This document shows, piece after piece, positions 13,030-26,333 of a stretch of 64,000 nucleotides of DNA. The position numbers and the translations under genes were made by a program. Within the stretch, counting starts at the first letter, position 1; the number at the start of each line of letters is the position of its first letter. The stretch covers positions 38,998,001 to 39,062,000 of the forward strand of contig OZ024748.1 of assembly GCA_964016885.1 (NCBI GenBank), written 5' to 3'. The DNA is from Eledone cirrhosa. Taxonomy: Eukaryota. The notes beneath the pieces were generated by a model. That model saw nothing but the letters and a program-made list of their open reading frames with translations. It was not told the origin of the DNA and ran no database searches.

Positions 13030-13860
13030 ATGGAGGTGGTGGTGGTGGGGAGGTTTTAGTGGTGGTAATAGTGATGTAGGATGGTGGGGGTTGGTGGTTG
13101 TGATGGTAACGGGTGTGGTATTGGTGGTGGTGGAGAATGGTGGGGGCTGGTGGTGGTGGTGGTGGTGGTGGTGGTGGTGGTGGTGGTGGTGGTGGTGGTG
13201 GTGGTGGTGGTGGTGATGGTGGTGGTGGTGATGGTGGTGGTGGTGATGGTGATGGTGGTGGTGGTGGTGATGATGGTGATGGTGGTGGTGGTGATGGTGG
13301 TGGTGGTGGTGGTGGTGATGGTGATGGTGGTGATGGTGGTGATGGTGGTGATGGTGATGGTGGTGATGGTGGTGATGGTGATGCTGGTGATGGTGGTGAT
13401 GGTGGTGATGGTGGTGATGGTGATGGTGGTGATGGTGGTGATGGTGATGCTGGTGATGGTGGTGATGATGGTGGTGGTGGTGGTGGTGGTGGTGGTGATA
13501 GTGGTGGTGGTGATGATGATGGTGGTGATGGTGGTGGTGGTGGTGGTGGTGGTGGTGATAGTGGTGATTGTGGTGGTGGTGGTGGTGGTGGTGGTGGTGG
13601 TGGTGGTGGTGGTGGTGGTGGTTGTGGTGGTGGTGGTGATGATGATGATGGTGGTGATGGTGGTGGTGGTGGTGATGGTGTTGGTGGTGATGGTGGTGGT
13701 GGTGGTGGTGATGGTGATGGTGGTGATGGTGGTGAGGGTGGTGATGGTGGTGGTGATGATAGTGGTGGTGGTCGTGGTGATGGTGGTGATAGTGGTGGTG
13801 ATGGTGGTGATGGTGTGTGGGAGGGTGTAGTAGTGAAGGATGGTGGGTGGTGGTGGTGGT
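13030..13860. repeat. (GGT/GAT)n microsatellite
   Basis: Triplet repeat; poly-P/G/V ORFs are artefacts. Confidence 0.95.
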
Positions 13861-14209
13861 AACAGGGGTGAAAGACAGTGGTTGTAGTTATGTCTCTGGT
13901 TACTATAATAATGCCGGTAATATTAAGTGTAACGATGATGATGATAATAATAATAATGCTTTCTTTATTAACCACAAGGGTTTACATAAAGTAGACATTA
14001 AGGACAGTACAGGACAATACAGGACGGTACAAATGGGCATTTCTGCGTGTAAAAAAACAAAAGCAGAGGATGTAACAAAAAAATAACAATGAAAAATTCC
14101 CCAATACGGGTGAGACTTCCGAGGGACATTCGTGGAGAAAGCCCATTAAAAATCCACAGTGACCCTGACCACCAGGGCAAGTGCCCTCTCCCAGTTTTCC
14201 ACCTTTAAT

Positions 14210-17200
14210 TTACAGACACATACTCAGAGTAGGCCCATTCACTCGGGCCATTCTTGCTTCTTTCACCATCTTTCAACAAAATGCTAGGAAGAGAGCACTT
14301 CCCTCTCTACCCTGATTTTCCTTTTCAAATCAGGACATCACCGAAGAGGTAAGTGCTCGTCTTCAGCCCTTTCGAACGTGTCCACCATACTATCTCTTTC
14401 GCCATGGCCACCAGACAGATAAAAATTGCCTGCACTTCCCGGCTAAAGGAAGAGGGCGGGGCAATCCTCACGATGGACTCAGCTGATAGCTGAATCCGTC
14501 CTACACGCGACAGCAGGTGTTCGACATAAACCCACAAGTCAGCAATGCTCAGGAACAGGATGAGTGCATGCAGGACGGTTTCGTCCGGCTGCGCGCATCT
14601 CGGACATGCCCGGCTGACGGCACCTCCATGCCTGTAGACTTTATCCCGAACAGGCAAAGCTCCTCGGTAGCACTGCCAGGCCAGGGATTTCTGGAAGTTG
14701 TCCATAGGCCCCGACCCGAAAGTTCTTCTGAAGAGATTGGCTAGTTGATTTTCGTCGACGCCTCGAGTTTCCCCAAGTACGTCGTCGCTCTTCCCCTCCA
14801 CTAATCCTCTATACAACGCCAAGGTGGAGCTTCAACCGATCACATTGCCCGATTGGTCGAGGGCTGTGAGCGCCTAAAGACATTCCAGTCTCCAAGCGCT
14901 CCCTTTCGGTCTTCGCTTGACCAAGGACTGCAGCTCCGTCAAGGAGACGAGCTGGGGAAAGACGCGTCTAGCAAACGGCGACCACACTTGATCACCGTCG
15001 AGGAAGAAGTGGAGATGTCGTAGCCTGAGCGAGTGTCTGCGCATCATCAGCCCTCCACGTAGCGGGTGTTGACAGCAGATGGACCGCCTGACCATCGGAG
15101 CGTTGTCCCTTCCACAAAAAGCGAAAGCGGAAACGCTCCAGCGCAGTCAGGCGGGGCTTAGGACAAGGTACGACCGTCAGGCGGTAGTAGATGACGGACG
15201 CGATGTACGCGTTAGCCACCTCCGCTCGACCTTTCAGGGATAGCTTCCTCTCCGCCCATTTCTGGGTGAGAGAAGCCATCCTGCTCGTCACCTCGTCACA
15301 GTTTTTGTCCGTTTTGAGGTCTGGACCGAACCAGACCCCTAGCAATTTAACCGGTCCGTCCGTCCAGCGCCCGACGACGCTGTTGGACGGCTGGACTTGC
15401 CTCTCCAGGTTCCGAGCTGCAGGCCCACTGACTTTTCTTGGTTGATCATTGCTCCTGTCACCGCTTCGTATTTTCTTAGTGTAGTGCCGATCGCCTCGAT
15501 GTGTTTGGCGTTCGACACCACTACGGTGACATCGTCCGCATATGCTGACACTGATCTTCCGCATCCTAGTTCGCGTGGGATTCCCCTCAACGTCTCCAGT
15601 TTGTGCAGTAATGGCTCGAGAGTCAATACATACAAGAGGGACGAGAGGGGACATCCTTGGCGGACCGAACGCATGATGTTGAACGGTTCCGAAAGGTGAC
15701 TGTTGACTGTCACCACAGAGCAGATGTCGCTGTGCATGGCAGCGATCCAGCCTCTGAAGACGGGCCCAAAGCCAGCTGCCCTCAGGACTGCAGCTAGGTA
15801 ACGATGGTCGACCCTATCGAAAGCTTTCGACTGATCTAAATTGATCAAGGACCCACCCGTGCCAGGTTCCCTAGCTACCCTCTCCACGATGTACCGCATG
15901 AGGTGGAGGTTGTCGTGGATGGATCTGTCGGGAATGGCGCATGTCTGCGCCTCTCCCACCAGACCACCAACGACAAGCGCCAACCTCTTTGCTAGCACCT
16001 TGGCCAAAATCTTGAACTCTGTGTTTAGCAGAGTTATGGGCCTGAAATTATCTATGTTATCCCCCTTGTTCGGATCCTTTCTCAGCAACGCCACCGCTCC
16101 TCGGCTCACAGAGCTGGGAATTCTCCCGTTCTGTTGCCAGTTGCAGTAGACGTCCGCCAAGAGGCCTCCAAACAAGTCTGGCATCTGTACGTAAAGTTCA
16201 TAGGGCAGACCATCGAAACCAGGCGATTGTGCAGCCAGTCATTGCCTCCCGTACTTCAGCGACTGTTATCGGCTTTTCGCAACACTCCGCCTCAGTGGCC
16301 GAGGGCCGCGGCAGTCCGTCGAGGTAGACACTAAAGTCCATCCCTCGATGCGGTCCGCCGCTGCCCCCGAACAGCTGAGCGAAGTGTCGCTGAAAAGCTT
16401 CACACATTTGCCCGAGATCGAGTAGCATGCGCCCGTCGTGGTCCATCAAAGACCGGATCGTGGCTTTGTTGCCACGACGCGCCTCCGTCACTCGGGCCCA
16501 TTGAACGGCTTTCGTCCTCTCGTGTCTGAGAGCACGCACCCTAGCTCTGACAACGCAGCCTTCGTGCTTTGCATTGAAGAATTGGTCAAGGGCCAATTTC
16601 GCCGCAAGTACGTCGGTCGCGATGCCTTTGCTAAGCGCCTCGTCTAATTTTCTAACTAGTTCTCCCTCTGCTCTATTTTTCTCTATTGCTAAAGCCTTAC
16701 TAAACCTAATGGACTCTATTCTAATCGCTCTTTTCAGAGCAAACCACCACTTGTTGTTGACGATGGCCCCCGTCAACGCCCGCTTAACTAGTTCGCTAAT
16801 CCGGTCTCTGTAGACCTTGCGCGCTGGTAAGGACGCGTTTAGCTTCCAGTAGCCGGGTCCTCGTCTATGAAGCCTATCTAAGTCAAGCACACAGATCACG
16901 AATTTGTGGTCCGTGTAGCTGACTATCTTGAATTGTGGACAGCCTACGCTAGACCTATCTATTTCCCTACAAAATACTCTATCTAGATCTGATCTGGATG
17001 ACCCTATGCGATTTGTCCAAATCCACATTGGCACATTCAGGAAATCCAATCGGTACCTGTCAGACAGTTCAAAACGCCTGAGCAGGTTAGTGAGGCTCTT
17101 GCACCCTCCTCTCCTATCCGCTAATCCCACACAGTCCCAGCGTCCATCTAAGATCCCGTTCCAGTCGCCCACTAACACTAAAGAGCGGGACGTTCCAAGA

Positions 17201-17585
17201 AAGGTCTCAAGACGCCGGAAGAAATCAGGCACCCCTGCTCCTGTCGGGACATAGACGGCCACTAGCCTGAAAGCTTGCCCGTCTCAGCTGGTCACGTCCA
17301 GCACCACCAACTTACCTTCTGGGTCCAGGAATATGGCCCGTATGGCGAGATCCAAACCTCTCTGAAAAACACAGCAACTCCTCCCTCCGATCCAGGACGG
17401 CTGGGAGATGCGTACACATCGTAGCCGCCGAAGATGGGTGTGAAGGCCCGTGCTTCGGAGATTCTGGTCTCGCTGATGGCCACTACATCTATGTTTAGTG
17501 ACCTGAGGTCGTTGAGCAGGTGGCCCTGCTTCCATGACGACCCCAAGCCACGCGCATTTAAGCTGCCTATTCTGAGTGAGGTCAT
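14210..17585 (-). pseudogene. Tx1 ORF2 (APE endonuclease + reverse transcriptase + C-terminal Cys/His domain), frameshifted
   Basis: MTSLRIGSLNARGLG, VGDWNG, LDRVF, YTDHK (APE); FRPITLLN, DQSKAFDRVDH, RQGCPLS, AYADDVT (RT); CPRC..ETVLHAL; split over several frames. Confidence 0.9.
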
Positions 17586-17619
17586 GTTGAAATGGAGTGG
17601 AAAAGATGGGAAACACCAC

Positions 17620-19790
17620 TTACCGTACTTTTCGTAGAGGAAGGATGGTTTCTCCATCCCTTTTCACTTGATCGTCTGGTGAAGGGACCGTTGAATCGTC
17701 CCTTCGGCTGGTCGTTGGCTCTTCTATGAGTATGTCCGCATATACTCTCCGGTTGAGAGTCCCTCCTAGGTCTCTGAAATCACCAACTGCGTTGGGGAAT
17801 TTCGTTTTAATCTTTGTGTATTGTTTCTGTGCTATTATTACCAGTCTTATGTTCGTTGGTGTTTTGATTGGTGCTGGTATTATGTAGTCGTGCTGTGAAA
17901 TGTCTGTGTGTTCAATTATGTAAGTCATTAGTTTCTTGTTGTGTGTATTTATTGCCGTGCATTTGTTTTCTGGGGGTGGGATGTGGTTCTGCTATTTTCT
18001 TGTCGTTGTTGCTGGGTGTGTGTGTTTTGTTGTTGTGTTTGCGATGTTGGTGCTTGTGGTGGTGGTGTTGAGGGTGTTGTTGTTGTTGGCGGTGGGGTTT
18101 TCGCCGGTGGTGATGGTGGTGCTAGTGTGGGTGGTGATGGTGTTGGTGGTGTTGTTGCTGTGAGTCTCTTTGCAGTAGTCTTTACCCTTTTTCCATTTCT
18201 TTCCTCCCTTTTCGAAGGCGACGATGCGCTGCTTCTGCGTTTGTGCCTTCTTGCGACCTTTTACCATCCCTCTCCCACCTCACACTCCATGTCTGATTCT
18301 GTGAGGTCGGGGAGGGGTACCAGCTCCACTCTTTCACTTGTTGTTGTTGGTGATGTTTGCAGTGGAGTCTCTGTTGCAGCTGCAGTTGGTATTACTGTTG
18401 TTGTTGTTAATACTTCCAGTGCTGCTGCTGTTCTTGATTTCCGTAATGTGGGTATGGGTGCCACGGATCTATCGTTCCTGGTTGCCGCTTATCCTGTTGC
18501 TGGTTGCAGTGGAGCCGGTTTCGGAAGGAGGGGCGTTTTCTCCTTGCTCGGGATCTTCTCGTTGCAGAAGGCCCTGAGGTGAGTCTTCGATCCACAGTGA
18601 AAGCATTTCGGGCGTTTGCCCTTAACACTTATGGGCAGTTGAGTGCCGTTATCGAAGTCTATCACATCCGGGATAGCTTCGATGCACTCCCGGTTGGTTT
18701 GGATTAACATCTCAATGGAGGTGCCGACCCAATCTTCTCTTACTTTTTTCTGTACTTGCAGTACAGTTGTTTTGTCCTCGATTCCGACGAGGACAGACGC
18801 GGCCAGCCAAGAAGGGGCCATCCGGGGGGGGGGGGGGGGGGGGGGCGTGGGTCAGTTTGACCCTCACAATTTTTGCCCGCAGTAGGAGGGCACCAACACC
18901 ATTTCCTCGTTCCTTAGGGTCACTAAGGATTGAGTCTTTGCCTGCTGTGATGTGGCAAAAAGCACGTCTACGGTGGCATATTTCTTGCCTCGGGTGATAT
19001 GCGTTTTCCGCTGCCACACAGACCCTAAGGCTTTTTGTATTTGAGCCTCTGTGGCTCTTTCAACCCTACGGGATTTTGTGCTTACTGTACGGTACGTGAC
19101 CATACAGTGCTGTTGGGTTTCGAAAAAATTTTCGGCTGCCTTGCAGATTGCTCGGTGTCCGCTTTTCGTCACCATCTTCTTTGCTTCCTGTAATTCCTCA
19201 TTTGTTATGAGGATGGTTTCCAGGTTCTTTGCGATACCTGCAAACGAGATTGGTTTTTCTTTGCTGCCGCTGTTGTTGTTGTTGTTGTCGTCAGAGCTGC
19301 TGTTACTTTTGTTGTTGCTGCAGGTACTACGACTACTGTCGCCGCCGCTGTTGCTGTGGTTGTTGTTGTTGTTGCTGCTGTTGCTGCTGCTGTTGTTGTT
19401 GCTGTTGCTGCTAATTCTGTTGTTGTTTATGCTGCTGCTGATGCTGTTGCGGCTGCTACTGTTGTTTTCCTTGTCACTGTTGCTGCTGCTGCTGTTATTA
19501 CGGCTGCTACTGCTATTATTCATGACGTCAGACGAATGAAATGGGTTTTCGTATTTACCGCACACCTTTTTCGTCGTTGTCGTCGTCGTGGAGAAATGTT
19601 CCATGTTTTGCACGTGATTTTGGAAACTATTTTTCTTTACTGGCGTCGCTTGCGAAAGAGAAGGGAGGGAGAGAGACACATTTAGAGAAGGTAGGGAGAG
19701 AGACAATCTTCTCTCTGCTGTAGTGACGATTGAGGAAGAAGAAGACGGAATGAGTGGGAGTGACTTGTGAAAATTATATTTTGTAGCCAT
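17620..19790 (-). pseudogene. Tx1 ORF1 (gag-like nucleic-acid-binding protein), frameshifted
   Basis: CFHCGSKTHLRAFC zinc knuckle; homologous to copy B ORF1 (PSYCG/PSYMG, IPDVI/IPDRI, GKRP/GRRP); frame breaks at a G22 run. Confidence 0.8.
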
Positions 19791-20033
19791 GTTTTTGGGG
19801 GGGTTTAAAATAAATATTGGGCACAAAACCCCAATAAGCGGTTATTTAACCCCGAAGGACCAAATAACGGGCAGAAAGACCCCTCTCACGAGGTGGAGGG
19901 TGTTTTTGTCTACAATTTGGTTCAAGTTTTAAACAATTTACAATTGTTATAGCGGTCAAAATTTACAATACCTTACAGAGCCGAGCCTCCGTCAACCATG
20001 GCATTCAATAATAATAATAATAATAATAATAAT

Positions 20034-21857
20034 GATGTTACCAACTATAGACCTATCACATGTCTGTCTGTAATGTGGAAACTGTTGACAAGCATTATGT
20101 CTGAAGAAATCTACCATCACCTCCACACAAACAACTTGTTACCGGACGAACAGAAAGGATGCCGAAAGAAGTCCCGTGGTACAAAGGACCAGTTACTTAT
20201 TGATAAGATGGTAATGAGGAATTGCAAGAGGAGACACACTGGTCTTGCCATGGGATGGATAGACTACAAAAAGGCATTTGACATGGTGCCTCATTCTTGG
20301 ATCACCAACAGCCTAGAGATCTTCAAGGTGGCAAATAACATCAGACAGTTGTTGGCCAAAAGTATGAAGTCCTGGAAAACAGAGTTAACATCAGCTGGAG
20401 AATCCTTGGGAGGCGTGAAGATCAAGAGAGGTATCTTCCAGGGAGATAGTCTGTCCCCTCTGTTGTTTGTCCTTGCCCTGATGCCCCTGACCATTATACT
20501 GCGTAAAGTGAGAGCAGGATACAAGTTGGGAAAGGGAGAGCTTACCATCAAATATTTTCGTATTCTGGAGGTTGATGACATCAAGAACAAAAGAATGAAG
20601 GAGTTGATAAGATCTGAATACATTCGGAGAGTAAGGAGCGTATTAAAGTCACATCTGAACAGTAGGAATGCCATAAGTGCAGTAAATTCCCGAGCTCTGT
20701 CTATTATTAGGTACAGTGCGGGAATTCTGAAATGGAATGTTGCTGAACAAAAAGAAATGGATAGGAAGACTAGGAAGCTATTGACTATCTACAACATGTT
20801 CCACAAGAGGAGTTATGTCGATAGACTCTACTTAAGGAGATCTGAAGGTGGAAGAGGTCTTATCAGCATAGAGGACTGTGTTCAGATGGAGAAAAACAAC
20901 CTACACAAATACGTGACCGATAGTAAGGAGCCAATGCGCAGAATTGTACTGAAGGAGAGGACAATAGACCAGGGGTTGTCCAAGGAGGAAATAACAACAA
21001 GGAGAAAGACCAGCCTTCATGAAAAATCCCTTCATAGTACCTTCTTTGAGAAAATGGAATTCAGAGATCCACAGACATGGAACTGGTTGAAAAGAGGAGA
21101 CCTTAAAAAGGCTACAGAAGAAATGCTAATGGCTGCGCAAGAGCATGCCCTCAAAACGAAGTGGCTGAAACACCATATTTACAAGGAGGAGGCTAGTCCA
21201 CTGTGCAGGATCTGTGGAGAGAGAGAGAGAGGAGACTGTGGCTCACATTGTATCAGAGCGTAAACACCTAGCCCAGACTCACTATAAAGGCTGGAGACAT
21301 GATGTGATGGGCAGGGTGATGCACTGGCACCTATGCAAAGTAAACAATTTACAACATTCTGAGAAGTGGTATGAGCATAAGCCAGAGTCGGTGATAGAAA
21401 ACGATCAGGTGAAGGTGCTATGGGATTTTAGGATACAGACGGACAAGAAACTAGAACACAATAGACCTGACCTGGTGGTTTTGGACAAGGAAAAAAGATC
21501 GTGCCTGATTGTGGATGTGGCCTGCCTATTCGACACGAGAGTGCAAGAGAAGGAGAGGGAGAAAATTAACCGATACCAAGACTTAAAGTGGGAGGTAAAA
21601 AGGATTTGGAACTGCCATGAAGTCAAAGTGGTCCCGATTGTCATAGGCGCACTAGGTACTATCTCAAAAGGTTTCCAGGGATGGTTAAAGAAAATTGGCC
21701 CCGCCCCGCTTTTTGGAACACTTCAAAAGGCATGCTTGCTGGGAACAGCAAGAACCCTCCGATACGTCCTGAATATCTGAGGCTGCAGGTAGTGGCTTGA
21801 TATTAATTTCAACAAACTTTCCAGTTAACTAACATCAATGACTGAGACTCAAAGAAC
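20034..21857 (+). mobile_element. 5'-truncated R4/Dong-like non-LTR retrotransposon (RT + restriction-like endonuclease)
   Basis: [32 protein letters not shown]; CRIC..H, RHD, RPDLV...DVA...K RLE motifs; (AAT)n on both sides; YxDD region deleted; frameshift at a GA run near 21230. Confidence 0.88.
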
Positions 21858-22055
21858 AATAATAATAATGATAATAATGAAATCACCGGAGGTGATAAAA
21901 TCACCGGTGGTTATGTAACCATACATTCACCAATCCTCGATAAGAGTGTTTAAATGTCGAACCTAAACAGTTCGAATAATGGCTCAGCAGCAGGGACCTC
22001 GATGTCGACCAAATACTGCTGGTGTCGGAGGAAGAAGAAGAAGGAAAGGGACCAG

Positions 22056-22210
22056 AGAAAACGGAATTCAGATATCCACAGACATGGAACTGGTTGAAAA
22101 GAGGAGACCTTAAAAAGGCTACAGAAGGAATGCTAATGGCTGCGCAAGAGCAGGCCCTCAAAACGAAGTGGCTGAAACACCATATTTACAAGGAGAAGGC
22201 TAGCCCACTG
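22056..22210 (+). mobile_element. Second short fragment of the same R4/Dong-like element
   Basis: Near-identical to ~21048-21200 ([17 protein letters not shown]...). Confidence 0.85.
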
Positions 22211-22577
22211 ATTCCTCTCTCTCTATACTAGTAAATACAATTCCAAATAAATGTTTTTCTCTATATATTAAGAATTATTTCAAGAGTAACTTACTCACTA
22301 TTTTGAAAATTTGAACTGTGAACAACAATTATAATTGACTGGCTGCTATTTGCAGTATAGCAATATAAGGTTGCACTTACCAATGAAACGGTCGTAAATA
22401 CCTGGATAAAATCCTTCTCTTAATGCTTACCTGTGTTTTCTCTTTTATACTTTATACTCCAAGATTGAACAGAATTCTTACAAACTTGTGGAGTTACCCC
22501 TAACCGTACGTTGAAACCATCCATGAAACTGGCTTTCTTAACCACGAACTGGATCACAAAAAGCAATTTCTGCGTCC

Positions 22578-22611
<34 letters not shown>

Positions 22612-22617
<6 letters not shown>

Positions 22618-23105
22618 AATGGCGTGCTGCGTTGTTGCAAATAGAATACATATGAATAAAATTAGACCGAGAAGACCGTCATCAGTGATCTTCCAGCCGT
22701 CATTGGTATTTCTTCGCATTAAAATATCATATACCTCTGGCTGGTGCGAGCAATAACTAAAGAAAAGTTATTGGGACACGTAGAATAGAGTGAAGCGAGC
22801 GAAACATGTAAACAAACAGAGATGGTAATGCAACGAAAAGAGAGGAAGAGGGGAAACAAGTCCGTGATATCTGTGAACTTAAGTTCGATCAAATCATGGA
22901 CGAGGAAAGACACAGACGTGTCCGAGCCATGTGAGATGTGAGCGAGAAAAGGATTTCACAGGGAGGAAGTGAGAGAGGGGGAGTAGCAGAGAGTGAGTGA
23001 GTGAAAGTGTGAGGAAGAGGCCAGCTGAGAGAGAGTGACTGGTAGAGGGGGTGAAATGAAGGTGAGAGATACAGAGAAAGAGGATAGCAGTACGCCATTT
23101 TTCAT
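22612..23105. mobile_element. MITE-like element with ~19-bp terminal inverted repeats
   Basis: ATGAAAAATGGCGTGCTGC ... GCAGTACGCCATTTTTCAT (18/19), TA context. Confidence 0.55.
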
Positions 23106-23142
23106 TTATATTTTTCCCTCCGCTGTTACCAGTCTGTTTCTT

Positions 23143-23569
23143 TCGTACTGCTATCCTCTTTCTTTGTATCTCTCACCTTCATTTCACCCCCTCTGCCAGT
23201 CACTCTCTCTCAGCTAGCCTCTTCCTCACACTTTCACTCACTCACTCTCTGCTACTCCTCTCTCACTTCCTCCCGTCTGACCTGTGTGAAATCCTTTTCT
23301 CGCTCACATCTCACATGGCTCTCTTTGTCCATGATTTGATCGAACTTAAGTTCACAGATATCACGGACTTGTTTCCCCTCTTCCTCTCTTTCCGTTGCAT
23401 TACCATCTCTGTTTGTTTACATGCCTCGCTCGCTTCACTCTATTCTACGTGTCCCAATAACTTTTTTTAGTTATTGCTCGCACCAGCCAGAGGTATATGA
23501 TATTTAATGCGAAGAAATACCAATGACGGCTGGAAGATCACTGATGACGGTCTTCTCGGTCTAATTTTA

Positions 23570-23577
<8 letters not shown>
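23143..23577. repeat. Inverted duplicate of ~22650-23094
   Basis: Reverse complement readable over ~430 bp with few indels. Confidence 0.9.
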
Positions 23578-23660
<83 letters not shown>

Positions 23661-23703
23661 GGGGGGAGTGAGAGGGAGGGAGAGAGAGAGAGAGAGTGAG
23701 AGG

Positions 23704-23741
<38 letters not shown>

Positions 23742-23874
23742 TAGAAAGTTAATACTGTGATATACAGCTCTGCCAGTTTAACTGCAGACTCTGTTCACAT
23801 AACAAGACTTAAATATACGATTAATAAACGTAGTGTTTTCTTTAGAAATTTGTAAATGGTTGGGGTAGGGAGCA

Positions 23875-23934
<60 letters not shown>

Positions 23935-23959
23935 ACACATACACCACACACACGCACAC

Positions 23960-23998
<39 letters not shown>

Positions 23999-24009
23999 AC
24001 ACACACACC

Positions 24010-24057
<48 letters not shown>

Positions 24058-24233
24058 GTGCGTGTGTGAGTGTGTATGTGTACACACACCTTCCTTTCGT
24101 TATGTTTCAATCCAAGGATTTCCGGTTAACGAAGCTCTTTTCTTTAAAAAAACAGGCTTTTAAAAATTATTAGACCTAAATAAAATATTAATTAACATAG
24201 GCTATGAAGGGATTAAGGCCAATAATGAAGATA

Positions 24234-24265
24234 AGGGTTAGGGTTAGGGTTAGGGTTAGGGTTAG
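24234..24265 (+). repeat. Short interstitial telomeric repeat (TTAGGG)~5
   Basis: AGGGTTAGGGTTAGGGTTAGGGTTAGGGTTAGG. Confidence 0.85.
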
Positions 24266-24412
24266 GTGAAAGGAACGGTGAGGTTCTAACATTTCTTACA
24301 GGAAACACTTGTAAGGATATGTTATCAAATTCGAAATCAGATATACACCAAGATGTGGGAGTTCTTGGACCTCCACCTCAACATAATAACTACTGAAACA
24401 TAAATATATATA

Positions 24413-24453
<41 letters not shown>

Positions 24454-24539
24454 GTGTGTGTGGGTGTGTGTGCGCATGTGTGTGTGTATGTGTGTGTATG
24501 TGAGTGTGTTCTCTCGAACACTGTCTGCTGTGGCTGCAC

Positions 24540-24579
<40 letters not shown>

Positions 24580-24684
24580 ATGTATATATATGTATGTATG
24601 TATATATATATATGTGTATATACATATTATATATATATGTGTGTGTGTGTATGTATACATATATATTATATATATATATATGTG

Positions 24685-24824
<140 letters not shown>

Positions 24825-24826
24825 TG

Positions 24827-24914
<88 letters not shown>

Positions 24915-24985
24915 TAGAAGTGGTATTTAATTTGTTGGAAGTCCAACAAATATAAATGTTTATAACTGATTTATAAAACCATATT

Positions 24986-25050
24986 TATTTTATTATATAT
25001 ATTTCAAGGGTAACCAAGACAACATTGGTACGTTTTCATCAGATAAAATA
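24986..25050 (-). ncRNA. Type I hammerhead ribozyme, family 3
   Basis: TATTTTAT-CTGATGA-aa..ACCAA loop TTGGT..tt-GAAA-tatataTA-ATAAAATA; 8-bp stem I; homologues at 54246 and 56209. Confidence 0.7.
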
Positions 25051-25209
25051 CAAAGTTTGTTTTATAAATAGAGACAGCCATGAAAATCATACCTTATCTG
25101 TTGGAAATTCACTGGATAGTCCATTGGATAGTTCACTATATATATAAAATATATATAATAAAATAAATATGGTTTTATAAATATACTTTCCATTTATTTA
25201 ATATCATTG

Positions 25210-25283
<74 letters not shown>

Positions 25284-25314
25284 CATATATATACACATAT
25301 ACACACATATATAT

Positions 25315-25364
<50 letters not shown>

Positions 25365-25894
25365 CAATCCTATGCAATCTATAAACCAACATTCGATTTC
25401 TCTCACTTCACCAGATGATAACACTTCACCAGATGATAACACACATCATCTGTCCTTCGTTGATATGATTGTATATGTTATTGTATATGTTATATCATTT
25501 CACTTTGTCTTATATTACCTGCAGGACCCAAGTTAACCACAATCTAGATAACATTAGTGAACGGCTGTAAGTTGACAGCGAGATTTTGGCGTCGGGCAGG
25601 AAAAGAAATGTTTTTTTTTTAATGGTAGAACTTAAGGAAAGTAACGATCGTCTGCTTTGGCAAATAGTCAGCTAATAATGTTTGTGGACTGGAATAAATT
25701 ATTTCATCGTGAGAAAAACGAGAGAAATCTAATTTCGGGACAGGAAATCCCTCGAAGGAGAGAAATGAAATGTTTTTATTAGAATTCTTCTCTTCCTCAC
25801 AGCAAACTAATTTATTTCGCTTCACAATCTAGCTATAAAGTGATAGATAGATAGATATGTAGATAGATACTCTATCGACATATGCAGGCAAATG

Positions 25895-26001
<107 letters not shown>

Positions 26002-26081
26002 GTATATATATATATACGTATATATATACATATATACATATATATGTATATATATATATATATATATACGTATATATATAC

Positions 26082-26115
<34 letters not shown>

Positions 26116-26133
26116 GTATATGTATATGTATAC

Positions 26134-26223
<90 letters not shown>

Positions 26224-26277
26224 ATTTGCCTGCATATGTCGATAGAGTATATATATATGCATATATATATATATATG

Positions 26278-26333
<56 letters not shown>

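Larger units (their letters stand above)
13958..20006 (-). mobile_element. Near full-length Tx1/L1-clade non-LTR retrotransposon (copy A), decayed
   Basis: ORF1 with CCHC knuckle, ORF2 with APE and RT, 3' AATAAA followed by (ATT)n; (ATT)n also at the 5' side. Confidence 0.9.

Noticed and set aside
13022-13975. Pro-rich or Gly-rich protein (also 8-1182 and 33397-34915)
   Set aside because: Open in several frames on both strands because of triplet microsatellites
23530-23577. CTGATGA as hammerhead core
   Set aside because: No downstream GAAA, NUH site or stem I
24234-24265. Chromosome end or fusion site
   Set aside because: Only ~5 repeats, one orientation, ordinary sequence on both sides
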